Part shown: piece by piece, positions 51,141-64,000 of the stretch
How the letters are laid out: the number at the start of each line of letters is the position of its first letter
How positions within the stretch are numbered: position 1 is the first letter of the stretch
Assembly: GCF_036321535.1 (NCBI RefSeq)
Contig: NC_087437.1
Coordinates: forward strand, 17,486,001-17,550,000
Origin: Camelus dromedarius
Lineage: Eukaryota
DNA: 64,000 bases
Reading direction: 5' to 3'
Program-made: the position numbers and the translations under genes
The notes under the pieces: model-generated
Told to the model about the DNA's origin: nothing
Seen by the model: the letters and a program-made list of their open reading frames with translations, nothing else
Database searches by the model: none

Positions 51141-51283
51141 CTGGCCCCTGGGTCTAGAACACCTGCCTGGGGGCAGAGGCCCCCACTCCTGAGTTAATCT
51201 CTGACTTTTCCTCTACCTCTCTGTCCCCTTCTGGCCTGTGGAGTCTTGGTGGGGGAAATTGACTTGATTTTGCTCAGGTGTGT

Positions 51284-51578
51284 CTTTTTTTTTTTTTTAA
51301 TTGAAGTACAGTCAGTTTACAATGTTGTGTTCATTTCTGGTGTGCAGCATAATGTTTCAGTCATCCATATACATACATATATTCCTTTTCATATTCTTTT
51401 TCTAAATGGTTTCTACAAGATACTGAATATAGTTCCCTGTGCTCTACAGTAGAAAGTTGTTGTTCATCTCTTTTCTATTTAGTAGTTAGTATCTGCACAT
51501 CTCGAACTCCCAGTTTATCCCATCCTGCTCCCTTCCCTCCCCCTGACCCCCATAACCCTAAGTTTGTTTTCTGTGTAG
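51284..51578 (-). mobile_element. 5'-truncated L1 3' end
   Basis: Poly-T then aattgaagtacagtcagtttacaatg. TSD ggtgtgtctt. Confidence 0.85.
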
Positions 51579-51879
51579 GTGTGGTGTGTCTTCTTAATGC
51601 TGCTGTTTATAGAAGGTTGCCTTTGTGTTCTCAGAAGCCAGGATTTTGAGGTCTCATGCAACTTGCTGTTGGAGGTTCCAAAATTTTCTTTTAAACTCCA
51701 AAGCTGGACACTCATATTTTTTGTTGCTTGTTGTTTATGCCCTTCCTTTTCAATGTAATAAGACCAGATGACCCTAACTGCTGCTCCCAAAGTGCAGAAA
51801 GGTGATGGGCAAGAGTGAATGGCGGGGAGTCACAGCCCTACATCCTGCTACCTCGCGCAGGGGCTGCAGGAATGTTAAG

Positions 51880-52050
51880 CTACGACATCAGGGACCTGGG
51901 GGCAAACCCTAGCTCTACCGCTTACTAGCTTAGTGAATGTGGGCGAGTCAGTTGTTTTCCATGAGCCTCAGTTTCCTCCCCTATAAAATAGGGATCATGA
52001 TGTCTATTCTTATATTGTGAAGATTAATTGGAACGAGGTTGGTAAAAACT
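51880..52050 (+). mobile_element. MIR SINE
   Basis: gagcctcagtttcctcccctataaaatagggat is the MIR core. Confidence 0.65.
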
Positions 52051-52411
52051 CCTTTGTAAGCTATAAAGTCCCATATGTGTGTGCCTTGACCATTATAGTT
52101 GCACAAGTGCACAGGAGGCCACTCTGATTGTAGGCAACACTCAGTTTTGACACGGCTTCTTTGTAGTTCAGGAGAGGGCCACAGCCTTTGACACCGGTTA
52201 ACTGGGTGAGAGCAGAGACTGATGGCAGGCTTGTAGCTGTGTCTTGGGCAAGGGCTGCTTTGTCTTGAGGTTTTACCAAATCAGTGTCACAATAATCAGA
52301 TGGCAGTATTATATTATGTGTGTGGATGCATCTGGTAAATTACACAGGTGGGGAGAATGAACAGTCAGTTTCCTAGACTGGAAATATTATTTCAAAATGC
52401 CTTCTGGGGCA

Positions 52412-52600
52412 GGGGAGGGTATAGCTCAGTGGTAGAGTGTGTGCTTAGCATGCACGAGGTCCTGGGGTCAATCCCCAGTATCTCCATTAAATAAATAAAT
52501 TAATAAACCTAATGACCTCCCCTACCCCTAAAAAAACCACCACACAACCAAAACAAAAAATTAAAAAGAAAGAAAGGTGACGTTAAAATTAAAAAAAAAA
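52412..52600 (+). mobile_element. tRNA-derived SINE (Vic-1-like)
   Basis: ggggagggtatagctcagtggtagag...tcaatccccagt. Imperfect TSD aaaatgccttctggggcag/aaaataccatctgggcag. Confidence 0.85.
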
Positions 52601-54521
52601 ATACCATCTGGGCAGAGTTTATTCATTCTTTGCACTATGTTCTTTCTTTCCATCACAGCAGTATTACAACCCGTCTGTGAGGGGAGAGTTATGTTATGCA
52701 GAGACTTGCAGAAGAGCTTTCTTCTCTTTGGACTTGCTCGAACAATATTAATTTTAATAAGTATTTATGGAGTCTGCCTGCCATCGGGTGGTATGGACAA
52801 CACAAACAAGCTATAAAATTCCTTTAACTTTCTCCTGAAAATCTCATCTTCTGCTGCCTCGTAGCTCATCTTTTACTAGAAAAGAGAAATTGATACATCA
52901 AATTGCAGACCCAGCTGAAGGTCTATAAAATGAGCGAAGCAACCTGTTACATGGGTGTGAAATTAGGGCCCTCCTGATGGTGGAAGGAACTTCTCAATGG
53001 GACTGGGTCATACCATCCACGGATGTTTTGAATTTGTCCTTCTGTAGTTTGTCTAAAGATATCTATCTCCTGGTTGGGGCTTTCCATACACCATCTTGTT
53101 TTAAAGCCAGCTGATTGAACACATGGTGTCTGGGCAAACCGCGTCATTTATCTAACATTAGCAGAGGGACTGTGTGCCTCAGGCTTCACAAAGACATGGA
53201 AAAAAGGGTGATTCAGGGGTCCTAAATGGTGGTGTTTTGTGCAAAGTGAGAACTCAGAGTGTGGTTAGCAAAGGGAAAGTGTTAGTCCCTAGGGACCAGA
53301 GCCAGAAACCCGGCTTGCAGATAAGAGATACAAGGACAGGTCTCAGTGTCTGGGAGGCCTCCCCTGCCTGGGGAATACCGGCAAGCAGGGTTAGGCCCTG
53401 TTCCAAGGCAGAGAGTGTTCGCTCTCTGCATTTTACCTCCAGGCCCACAGGTGTTCACTCCGGAGGGGCCGGCAAAGGCAGACGGGTGTTACTAACAATT
53501 CCGAATTCATACCATGTGCTGAGCCCAGTGTTAGGGACTTTATGGATAGAGCCTTATTTAATCTCAATAAAAACTATATGACGCAAGAACAATAATATGG
53601 CTTTTTTAGTCACCATAGCTTCTAAGACTCTGGTGAGAAGAAATGAAACTCTAAAAATTTCCCTAACATTGAACTCAGTTTGTAAATCCCTAGTCCTGCT
53701 GCTTGAAGAAATGTAATCTAGCAATGTTTCAATCCTATTCAACCCAACATATTAATTTTTGGGTTACTTCTGGTTTAAAATGTAATCATTTCAAGGTCTG
53801 TGGCTCCCCCCACCCCCAGTCCCCACACAGAGTCCTATGTCTTGTTCAAGGGAGCCTTCAGGAAGCAGGGGCACTGCGTCAGGGGGTGGCTGGCCTGTGG
53901 TGGCCTCACTGATGAGCTATCTGCTGCAGAGGCTAGTCTTTCTCTCTTTTTCCATCTCCATTTGTACTTAACCTGGGAGCTGGGGTATCTTCCTCTGCTG
54001 ACTTGGCCCCACTTCTGCCCTTGCGTTGCTGCTGTCACCCTGAGCTCCAGTGCAGAGAGCGTCCTCTGATCCGGCTGGGCCGTCCTCTACAGCCCCAGCA
54101 GTGGGGCCCACTTGCCTTGTGCTATGGTTACTTCCAGGCCCGCTCACGGTGTTCATTCTCAGTGAACTCTGGCTTTCCATTCACTCCCGCAGACTCTCCC
54201 GGGGCTCCTTGCAGTCAGGCCCATCACTTCCCTCTGTGTTCCCTGAAAGGTGCTTGCTGACTCTCAGAGCCCTCGGATAGGTGGGTACAGCCCCACCCCA
54301 CTCTGTGATGCTCTCTGCCCAGCCTGGGCCTGCCCGAGGGATGAGAGGCAGGGAGCTGGGTTCCTACAAGGTATCTCCTGCTTCCTTCTCTCAAAACTCT
54401 CTTCCTTCTTCTCCATCTTCAAGCTCTTCCATTTGCTTTGGAGTACGGGACAAATCTGCCTTCTCTATTGGAATTTCCACTTAAAATTTTTCTTGTCTCA
54501 CACTCAGAAAGTATCCTTTGA

Positions 54522-55171
54522 AAACTGAAACTAAACTTACCCTATGATCCAGCAATCCCACTCCTGGGCAAATATCTGGAGGAAACTCTAATTTGAAAAG
54601 ACACTTGCACCCCAATGTTCAGAACAGCACTTTTTACAATAGCGAAGACATGGAAGCAACCTAAGTGTCCAACAACAGATGACTGGATAAAGAAGCTGTG
54701 GTATATATATACAATGGAATACTACTCAGCCATAAAAAAGGATAAAATAATGCCATTTGCAGCAACATGGATGGACCTGGAGATCGTCATTCTAAATAAA
54801 GCCAGAAAGAGAAAGAAAAATACCATATGATATCACTTAAATGTGGAATCCAAAAAAAAAAAAAAAACCAGGACATGAAATTATTTATAAGACAGTGATA
54901 GACTCACAGACATAGAAAACAAACTTATGGCTCCTGGGGGGAAAGGGAATGGGGAGGAATAAATTGGGAGTTCAGGATTTGTAGATACTATTATATATTA
55001 AGTAGATAAACAACAGGGTCTTATTATATTGCACAGGGAACTATATTCAATACCTTGTAATGACTTACAATGAAAGGGGTTGTGAAAAGGAATATACATA
55101 TATATATATCTCTCACTATGCTGTACACCAGAAATTAACACATTATAAATCGACTATACTTCAATAAAAAA
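54522..55171 (+). mobile_element. 5'-truncated L1 3' end with perfect 16-bp TSD
   Basis: ORF 54615-54830 is the L1 ORF2 C-terminus (MFRTALFTIAKTWKQPKCP..WIKKLWYIYTMEYYSAIKK). TSD agaaagtatcctttga at 54506-54521 and 55172-55187. Confidence 0.93.
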
Positions 55172-56239
55172 AGAAAGTATCCTTTGACCTTAAAAGATAA
55201 AGAATGCGGCACATTTGTCCCCAAAGGTAACTGTTGCGACATCAGTGGAGTCCTTCCCTTTAACTGCAGAGCATGGGCAGGACAGTGGCTATACAGCAGC
55301 ATATCAATTAACACCTTGAAACATGATTTCACTCTACTAATGTTATTCCCATCTCACAATGGGGAAATCAAATCTCAGAGAGGTTGAGTATTTGACTAAA
55401 CTGGTGTCCAAGCTGGGACAAAGCCCAGAGTTGTTTTAAAGCAGATCGCCCCCGAACCCTGCCCCCACAAATCATATCCTGAGGAAACCCATGCTCCTTG
55501 CCAGTTTCTGGGCAAGTGCAAAGACAAGCCTTACGAAGCAGAACAAGTGCAGAGTCATACTGGAGTTGTTGGTCTTAAGGTGCAACAGACACAAGAGTCA
55601 TCATTGGAAGACTGGCTGTGCCAGGTGGGCTTGTAAGAACCATGTTAAGTGTGCAGGTGATAGGCAGCTTCTAGCAAACAGGTCCCTGTTGCTTCAGCTA
55701 AAGCAGGAAAGAAGAAGAGGGGCTGAGTAAATCCCCAAGTATGCTGACGGTTTTCTGCATTCAGAGGATCAGAGAAACCAAGGAGAACCCCCAAGTGGGT
55801 TCTATCCAGTGAGATGGCTGCAGAGACAAAGGAGGAAAAGATAAGGGGACAGTCTTAACTTCTAAGGGCTGATTCCCCAGCAGACAGAAACACTACGTGG
55901 GGAACATGCAGGAGGCATGTGAACTCCCAATTTCCCAGAAAGAAACATTAATTGTCAGAAATGTAATAGGGCACTCTCAGCACAAGGTGGTGGATTGAAT
56001 TCACACCGTCATTTCTTTTCCTTGCTCCAGTCTCACTGAAATGACAGAAGGAATAAAAAAGGAGTAAAGCCACAAGAACAGAGAGTACAAATTCCCAGAC
56101 ACTGATTTTGGAAGCTCCCACGCAAAAGGCTGGGTCACCACCTGATCTCCTGCTGCAAAGCCTGGAAGCTGACAAGCTCCACCCGAGCACAGAGAGCTTC
56201 CAGTCAGGTTTTTAGAACTTCATTTTAAGACAGGCAACC

Positions 56240-57130
56240 AAAGACCATCAGACGTTTGTAAATATTATCGTATAGAAAATGTAGTGTCCAAAACAAGCAA
56301 ACAGGGAAAAGTAACCCTGAAGAAACACAAATGAGAAAGGAAGAAAAATCTTTAAAAAAATCCCTATAATTAAAGATACTCAGAAAGATGAGGTAATATT
56401 ATAAGAGGTATCCTTAGAAAGATGAGGTAATGGAACACAGAAGAACTCAAGAGAATTAAAAATGTGATAAAAGCGATCTATTTGATAAATGAATTGGGAG
56501 ATAACATTGAGGAAGGTAGTGTAGAAGATAATCCCTTAGAAATAGAATTAAAAAAAAAAAAAGAGGTGGAAAATAGGAAAGAAAAGGCAAAACTGGAGAA
56601 TCAGGTCAAGATGTCCACATTTGCTGAAAAGGAGCCTCAAAGAGAGAAGAGAGAAAATGGAGGAGAGGAAACCACCCAAGAAATAATGCAAGAGAAATTT
56701 AGAAAAATAGCACAAGATAATTTCCAAGAGAAGAACCTCTGGATTTAAGGGCCCAGCAAAATGAATGAACAGTTTGGCTATAAAGTACATCTTCATGTAA
56801 ATTCAGAACACCTGGCATGTAGAGAAGGGTCTAAAAATATTCTAAGGTGAATAAGCCGGCTACGTACAACATATCGGGAATCAGAAAGGCATGGGATTTG
56901 TCATGGAAACTTGGGAAGATGGACAAAAATGAGTCATGCCTTTAAAATTCTAGGAAAGATACATTTCAATCTAGAACAACATATTCTGCCAAACCATCAA
57001 TCCAGATTGAAGGCAGAATAATATTTGCAGACACACAAGTTCTTATATTTGTATCACCTTTGTTCAGATGTTCAGAGGGCTACTGGGTGTGTGCTCTGCA
57101 GAGTAACACTGCAAACCAAGAATGAGGAAA
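56240..57130 (+). mobile_element. Old L1 ORF1-region fragment
   Basis: A-rich. ORF 56464-56748 (..RENGGEETTQEIMQEKF..) resembles the L1M ORF1p C-terminal half. Contains ttcaatctagaa..attctgccaaaccatcaatc. Confidence 0.6.
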
Positions 57131-57557
57131 ATGTCAAGTTAATGCGGGAGAGGCAACACAGGAGAGCAGAAAAGTAAAGGCAATTCCCAGGGTGATGGGG
57201 AGAGGAGTTCCAGGACTGCGGCTAGTCTGTATGTCCAGAGAGCACCCACTGAGGCTGGAAGTCTCCAGGAGGGGGGTTCTCAAGAAACCCGCTGAAACTG
57301 GTAGGTTAGCTGATAGGTTTGATGGCAATCAGACGGTTCATATGGTACCCAGGAGGAAGCTGACATACAAAGTATAAAATAGAAAGATCAAGAGATAAGA
57401 ATATATTAATATTATTTAGAAATAAACAATCAGAAGAAATAGTTTAAAAAAAACTAAAAATGTTCATTCTGGGCAGTGGGAGTCAGGGACATAGTGGGAG
57501 TTGTCCCAAGGACCGGTTTTCATTTAAGTCTATAGTTCTATTTAAAAGGATGTATAT

Positions 57558-57690
57558 GGGAGGGGGGAGGGTATAGCTCAAGTGGTAGAGCATATGCTTA
57601 GCATGCATGAGGTCCTGGGTTCAATCCCCAGTACGTCCTCCAAGAATGAATAAATAAATAAACCTAATTACCTTCCCCCACCAAAAAAAA
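57558..57690 (+). mobile_element. tRNA-derived SINE (Vic-1-like)
   Basis: gggagggtatagctcaagtggtagag...gggttcaatccccagt. Perfect 14-bp TSD aaaaggatgtatat. Confidence 0.88.
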
Positions 57691-58329
57691 AGGATGTATA
57701 TATATATATATATATTATTTTGAAATGGCTGATATTTGTCAGTTTAGACTTATGAAAATGGCAGTTTCACATGGTCCTACTTGATAAAAATTAAATTATA
57801 ACATAAGTGTGAACGAATCATTAAAAGCAGTGCTGCACATAGTTTTGGTCAAGACAGAGAAAGGAAAACAGAAAATTATGAGCACGTTGGCATAACTCAG
57901 TGGATGAGATAACCCTTCTGTTATATCGTCTCTGCCCTTCTAGAAGGCAGTGTATGTGCATGAACTGTGTTTTCATGACAACGTTGCATCTCCCTTCGTT
58001 AGCTGTCTAAAATTTCAGCTGCGGCTGTGGTTTCTGTCTTGATAAATGATATTTGAAAACCACGCCAAAACCCTCATATTGCTCGTTCATTCCGTGGCCT
58101 CTCCTGATGCCTGTACTTTTATCTCTCTAACTATGACTCTATCTCTTGAATCCTTTTTTCCCAGCGCTTCCCCTTTCCTCACTTGGTCCTGATTTCCTGA
58201 GAGGGATCGGACAGGACTCCCACTGTGATAGGGGTCAGGGGAGACCCAGTGGCCCACTGTACAGTGCCGGTCCTGGACCTCGGACAGAACACAAACGCCT
58301 CTACTCTGGGAACTGCTCTCAGATGCGCT

Positions 58330-58790
58330 GGGTGAGCTCAAGGCAACCGTATGCCCTGTAGGATAGATCCCCTTCGCCAGAGCTGACTGGGACAGAGGCG
58401 ATACTTTACCCAGTCAGATTCCCTTCTCCGGGAATTTGGAATTTAACTCGAGGGACAGCCAGTTATTAGGTTTCACTGTTGAGTAGCAGGAGCTGCTGGT
58501 TTCTCAGGACCTGTGGGTCATGCAGTCTGTCCTGTGGGCTGAGGATCAGGGAATGCCAGTCCACAGAGACAGACGGTGAAGTTGATGTGCAGAGAGAATC
58601 AGAGATGAGAGATGGAATCGAAATTGTGATGACTCCTAGCTCCAGGTCCTTCCTGAGGAAGGCCATACTCTTCCTCTTGGATATGTAAGAGCTTAGGGGC
58701 CTTAAAATAAACAAAATTCTATCTCCCTCCCCTTTCTTTGCTTAAACTAGACTGAGTGGGCTTCAGTTACTCGCAACCACAAGAACACTT
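58330..58790 (+). mobile_element. Ancient MaLR/ERVL LTR
   Basis: 3' end aataaa...ttgcttaaactagactgagtgggcttcagttactcgcaaccac is typical of late MLT1/LTR33-type LTRs. Confidence 0.55.
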
Positions 58791-59859
58791 GCAGGGACAT
58801 GTTAATTTCTAGAACTCCCTTTCCGCGATACGTAGGACTGCGCATGTTTTCATGGGTGGGGAGCAGGGGGCAAGTGAGTCTGGGGACATGGAGGGGTTCT
58901 GTGGGAGTGAGATTTACTGGGCTTAGGGACTCTGACAAGGGACTCCCCTACTTCGCAAGCATACCTCCGAGAGAGCCTGACCAGACTAGCTAAATACTAT
59001 TTTCCTTCAAGTTTTGATGTTAGTCTTTGAAATGCAGCAGATAGTTTAAAACCTAAATAAGTCCGGCTGGTATTTAACTGTGGTCAGTAAGGGGAGACAC
59101 TTTTTTCGCTGAAGATTTTTCTCTCTGGGCTTCGGTGTGTGCAGTGTGGAATCCATTTTAGAAAGTGCCTGTCTGTATCGGTTTCTTCTCATGCTCAGTA
59201 TTTTTCTCCCTTCCTTCTGCTCTGGCTGACCTGATATGATGTCATTTGGGCTGTATGAAACTTTTTTTTTTTTGAAAAAGAGTGAACATTATACATTTCA
59301 TCCCCAAAATGCTATTTCTGGGTCTACAATTCATCTCTGCCACGGCATTTTCCTGGTTCCTAAAGGACCTGGTACAGACGTCCCCTCTCCCCTCCTCCCT
59401 TTCACCTTGGATTCAGCACTAAAAAATGTAAAAGACGTTAATAAGGCAGGAGGTGCTTTATCCCACAGGGTATAGATGATACTATTGGAAATGAGGAATC
59501 TTCTTCCTGAAATGTTGTCAATTTTTTACTTTTCCGAGTCTGCTGGTGGCAGCTCAGTGTGGGGGGCCTGTTATCTCCCGGCCCAAGCAGCTGGCTTTGG
59601 GCGCCAAGTCTGGACTAGGAGAGATTGCTTCGCTGCCCCAGTGGGGCATTTCACAATTTCCTTTTCCATGAGAAACTTTAAAAAGCCATCCAGGCCTCAT
59701 GACCTGTGCACTTTAGAGTGTCCACCATGTGACTCGGTTCAGGGAAGGGCTGAGGGCCAGATTCCCTGCTGTGGAGATGTAAAGCGTGTCCCCCTGCTGG
59801 GGGCAGGCGCCTGGGACGCAGGGCACAGTGGGTCTGGCAGTCAGGCCAGTTGGCTTAAT

Positions 59860-61640
59860 AAACCCTCATTGGACACCTACTGTGTGTGAGCAATTATGCT
59901 AAGCCTGGGGGACAGAGGTCAGTAAGAAGTGGTCGATGATGAAGATGGAAAAATAAACAAATAATATATACCAGGTAAAGGGCAACGAGAGAAGGAATCT
60001 GGGAGCAGGAGGAAGGGGCATCTAGAACTGGCAGGTATGAAAGGGTGAGGAATGGAATATGGAAGGAGGTGGTCCCTTGATCTGAATCTCAAAGAACCAG
60101 TAGGAATAGTCAGGAGTAAAAGGGAGGGAAAAGCATTTGAGGCAGTGGGAACAGCATGAACGTAACATAGATGTGTGAAACCGAGAGGCCTATTTGGGAG
60201 ACAAGTAGATTGCTAGCATGTTCAAGAGAGGAGGGGGCGTATATAAAACAGGGCTGGGGAGGCAAGCAGGGCCCTGGCAGTTGTGTACCATGTTACACGG
60301 GAGGGGACGGGGCCTTCTCCTGTAGGTGTTGAGGAACCGTCAAAATAAGGGCATGCCTTGAATGGGCTGAGGGGCTGAGCCTGAGGGGCAGCCCGAGGGG
60401 TGAGGCTCAGACCCAGAAGCCCTTGGAAAAACCTGGTGGGAGAAGGAGGACTGAAGAGCCGGCAGCAGGGGCACTAGACACCTTCAAGTGCTGATGGTCT
60501 GAGCAGGACCAGGACAGTGTGGGCAGCCGGGTGGGGAGATGGACAGGGAAGAATTGATGGGTGCATTGGCCTTGAGGGCCCTGGATCTGATGTTGGCACT
60601 GTCAGGTCAAGCTCAAAGAATGAGGCAGATACTGAGGGTGAGAATTAGCCCAAAGAGATGAGAATAGGCCAGAAGCTGGAGGCTCACACAGCTGTGGGCA
60701 CAGGACCTGTCAGAAGTGGTGACCCTCCCCTCTTCACCGCCTGCCCCTCACCTCGCCTACCTTGTTTAGTGAGTTTAGGCAATCCCAAGCTTCCACTCAG
60801 GAGTCCATTTCCAGTATGCTGGAGGTGACTGATCAGAGCCAGACCTAGTCATCGGGCTGCTGAGGTGGTTCCTGTCAACAGATGCAGCGGCTTGGGCCAG
60901 GTGCCGGCAACGGAGGTTGAGGGAGGTGGGCAGACTGCGATGTGCTTTTTAGGCTGACCTGATGATAGGTTGGATGTAGGCGTGAGCAGGAAGGTGCTGG
61001 GGACTAACTCCCAGATTTCTGGCTTTTAGCTACTAGAGGTCGGTGGTACCAACTGCTTATGTGGTATGTTAGTTTTCCAGGGCTGCTGTGACAAAGTACC
61101 ATAGACTGGATGGCTTAGACAACAGAAATGAATTTTCTCAGGGTTCTGGAGTCTGGATGTCCAAGGTCAAGGTGTTGGCAGAGTTGGCTCCTTCTGAGGG
61201 AGGGGTCTTTTCCAGCCTTTCCTTGCTTTGTGGGGGTTGTATTCCCCCTGTGGCTTCATGTTGTTTTCCCTGCGTGTGTATTGGTGTCCAGACCTCCTCT
61301 TCTTATAAGGACACCCGTCATATTGGATCAGGGCCTCATTGTAACTTAATTATCTCTTTAAAGACCCCTATGTCCAAATATGGTCACATGTGGAAGAACT
61401 GGGGTTTAGGAATTCAGCCTAAGAATTTGAGGGGAAGACACAATGCAGGTCATAACAACAGAGATGCTGAAAAGAGGAACAGTTTTGTAAAGAAATGAAA
61501 GAGCTTGGTATTGAATATATTCATTGTGAGATGCCTATGATACATACAAGTGGAAATGTCAGGCAAGCAGTTGTATACACAGAATCTGGAGCTCAGAGGT
61601 GAGGTCTGGGTTAGAGATACAAATTTAGGGGCTGTTGGCA
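59860..61640. mobile_element. L2 fragments, interrupted by an MLT1 LTR
   Basis: ctcattggacacctactgtgtg...gcatttgaggcagtgggaacagcatg and tgagatgcctatgatacatacaagtggaaatgtcaggcaagcagttg. Confidence 0.6.
61065..61457 (-). mobile_element. MLT1A/B/C-like MaLR LTR
   Basis: ttagttttccagggctgctgtgacaaagtaccatagactggatggcttagacaacagaaat ... ggaagacacaatgcaggtcataaca. Confidence 0.85.
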
Positions 61641-62084
61641 AACTGAAATTTTATTTAAAGCCAGGGGAATTGGTCCTGTGTGTCTGTGGAGGGGGAGGTT
61701 GGGTTGGGGGGAGGGCACTTATATATAAGGAAGAAACAGTCCAAGTTGAACCCCATGGATTTACAGAAGATCTTCCCTCCTACAAGGGTATGGCCCGTGT
61801 CACCAGGCCTGCCATCCAGTCAGCCCTCAAGGCCAGTTCCAATGTAGAAATTATCTCAAAAAAAAAAAAAAATTGTGGAGTACCTGGCAAAGGACTCCTC
61901 CATCGGGGCTCCTTCTCAAACAGGGATTTGTTTTAAAAAAAAGAATCCTAACTCTATCATTATACACATAACACATGCTTATTATTAAAAGAATTCCTGC
62001 AAATTAAAAAGCATCATAAAGGGAAGTAAAAAAAACCCACCCCATTTTGGACACTTCATACTCTCTTTATCTCAGTTCTTATTG

Positions 62085-62520
62085 CAGGATTGGCTATAGC
62101 AGATGGCTTTGTGGGGACTTTCTTTGACAACACCTTGGTTTAAGCATGTGCTCTGTATCTCTTTCTACTCCCCCTGGGCCTCTGTGACACCACGGCAGGG
62201 GATGTCAGTGGGAGGCTGCTGGAGACTCATCCACGCACAGCCTTGAGGTGTGACAACCCTCAACCAAGACGGATGGAAGCCAGTGGATAAAGACTTCTCC
62301 ACGTTGATCCTCTGGGGCCATAATTCTGAGAGACCTTCTGTATGTTTCCTCAGGAGAACCGGGCCAGATGCATCACCGGTTGCCCATGGTGATGCTCAGC
62401 CCAACAGCATCCTTGTCAATCCCTCCTTGTCTGTTTCATTCTCCTTGGTCTCTAGAAATTGCTTCTCAGATAAACTGTCTGCTCATCACCCTTGTCTCAG
62501 GGAACTTAGGCTAAGATACT
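62085..62520 (+). mobile_element. LTR16-like ERVL LTR
   Basis: caaccctcaaccaagacggatggaagccagtggataaa ... taaactgtctgctcatcacccttgtctcagg ... ggctaagata. Confidence 0.65.
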
Positions 62521-62624
62521 CCTCCAAACACTCAACCCCAACAAAATCATTCCCATTCCAGGATATTTCTGTGCATACCCACAAGACTAGTATAAAGTAG
62601 AAATAGGTTTATAGAAATGAGATA

Positions 62625-64000
62625 ATTTTTTCCAACTTTACTGAGGTATAGTTGACACATAATATTGTGTAGGTTAAAATGTACAACATGATGATTTGAG
62701 AAACTTGTTTATTGTGAAATGATTGCCACAGTAGGGTTAGCTGACACCTCCACTACTTCACATAATTACCTTTCCTTTTTTTGTGGTGAGAATATTTAAG
62801 ATCTACTCTTAGCAAATTTTAAGTATATAACTATTAACTATAGCCACCATGCTGTACCCTAGATCCTTAGAACTTATTTACCTTATAACTGGAAATTTGT
62901 ACCCTTTGACCAGTCTATCCATTTTCCCCAACACCAAGCTCCTGACAACCACCATTCTATTCTGTTTCTAGGAGTTTGGCATTTTTAGATTCTGTATGTA
63001 AGTGATGCCACATGATAACTGTCATTCTCTGTCTGACATTTAACTTAGCATAATGCCCTCAAAGGCCATCCATTTTCTAACAAATGGCAAGATTTTCTTC
63101 TTTCTCGTGGCAGAATAATATCCATGTGTATTAATACATACATACATACCAGATCTTCTTTATCCATTTATCTGTAGATGGACACTTCGGTTGTTTTCGT
63201 ATCTTGCCTATGGGGAATAATGTTGCGATGAACATGGGCGTACAGCTATTTCTTTGTGATACTGATAATTTCTTTTGGATATATACCCAGAAGTGGGATT
63301 TCTGGATTATACAGTAGTTCTATTTTTAATTTTTAAAGGAATTTCCATACTGTTTCCACAGTAGCTGTTCCAATTTACATTCTCGCCAACAGTGCCCTTT
63401 TCTCCACATCCTTGCCCCATGTGTTACCTCTGGTGTATCTCTTGTCTTTTTGATGACAGCCATTCTAACAGGTGAGTTGATATTTCATTGTGGTTTTGAT
63501 GTCGAATTGCCTGACAGTTAGTGATGGCGAGCATCTTTTCATGTACCTGTTGGCCATTTGTATGTCTTCTTTGGAAAAATGTCTCTTCAAGTCCTCTGCC
63601 CATTTTTAATTGGATTAATAAGTTAATTAATTCTGCTGTGGGGCTACATTAGTTCCTTATGTATTGTTGCTCTTCACCCCTTATGAGATAAATGATTTGC
63701 AAATATATTCTTCGTCGCCTTTTCATTGTGTTGCTTGTTCCTTTTGCTGTGCAGAAGTGTTTTAGTCTCCTGTAGTCCCACATATTTACTTTTGCATGGT
63801 TGCTTGTGTGTTTGGTGTCATATCTAAAGAAAAGTGTTTCCAAGTCCAATGTGAGAGAGCCTTTTCCCTTATCTTTTCTTCTAGGAATTTTATGGCTTCA
63901 GGTTTTATGTTTAAATCCTTAATTCATTTTAAGTTAATTTTTGTGGTGTAAGATAGGGGTCCAGTTTCATTCCTCTGCATGTGATTACCCAGGTTTCCCA
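62625..64000 (-). mobile_element. L1 (L1MA/MB-like) 3' region running off the window end
   Basis: tttactgaggtatagttgac, atatacccagaagtgggatt, ccatttgtatgtcttctttggaaaaatgtct. Minus-strand ORF 63649-63849 is an ORF2 remnant. Confidence 0.9.

Noticed and set aside
52412..52485. tRNA-Ala-like sequences here and at 33425, 42320 and 57560
   Set aside because: They have SINE tails and TSDs and imperfect stems, so they are SINE heads, not tRNA genes.
56382..56431. 16-bp direct repeat agaaagatgaggtaat
   Set aside because: A small local duplication inside an old L1 fragment with no sign of function.

Overview
Mammalian genomic DNA, most likely camelid, inferred from four copies of a tRNA-derived SINE resembling the camelid Vic-1 type. 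Positions 840-15360 hold the last five coding exons of IL20RB (interleukin-20 receptor beta) on the + strand. All splice sites are GT-AG and the frame is intact through to a TAG stop. The 3' UTR probably ends near 16.2 kb. The remaining ~48 kb has no recognisable protein-coding gene; from recall, this matches the gene desert between IL20RB and SOX14 in other mammals. It is mostly repeats: a rearranged ERVL/MLT2 provirus with nested insertions, a young ERV1-type solo LTR, L1/L2/MIR/MaLR/hAT fragments, SINEs and a U6 retrocopy. Most ORFs in the track are spurious. I found no convincing new biological system. The best leads are the scrambled ERVL provirus, an orphan mRNA-like insert in its RT, a possible in-frame alternative acceptor in IL20RB, divergent CTCF motifs, small CpG-dense patches and candidate enhancers. 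Repeat family names come from recalled consensus sequences, not from a database search.
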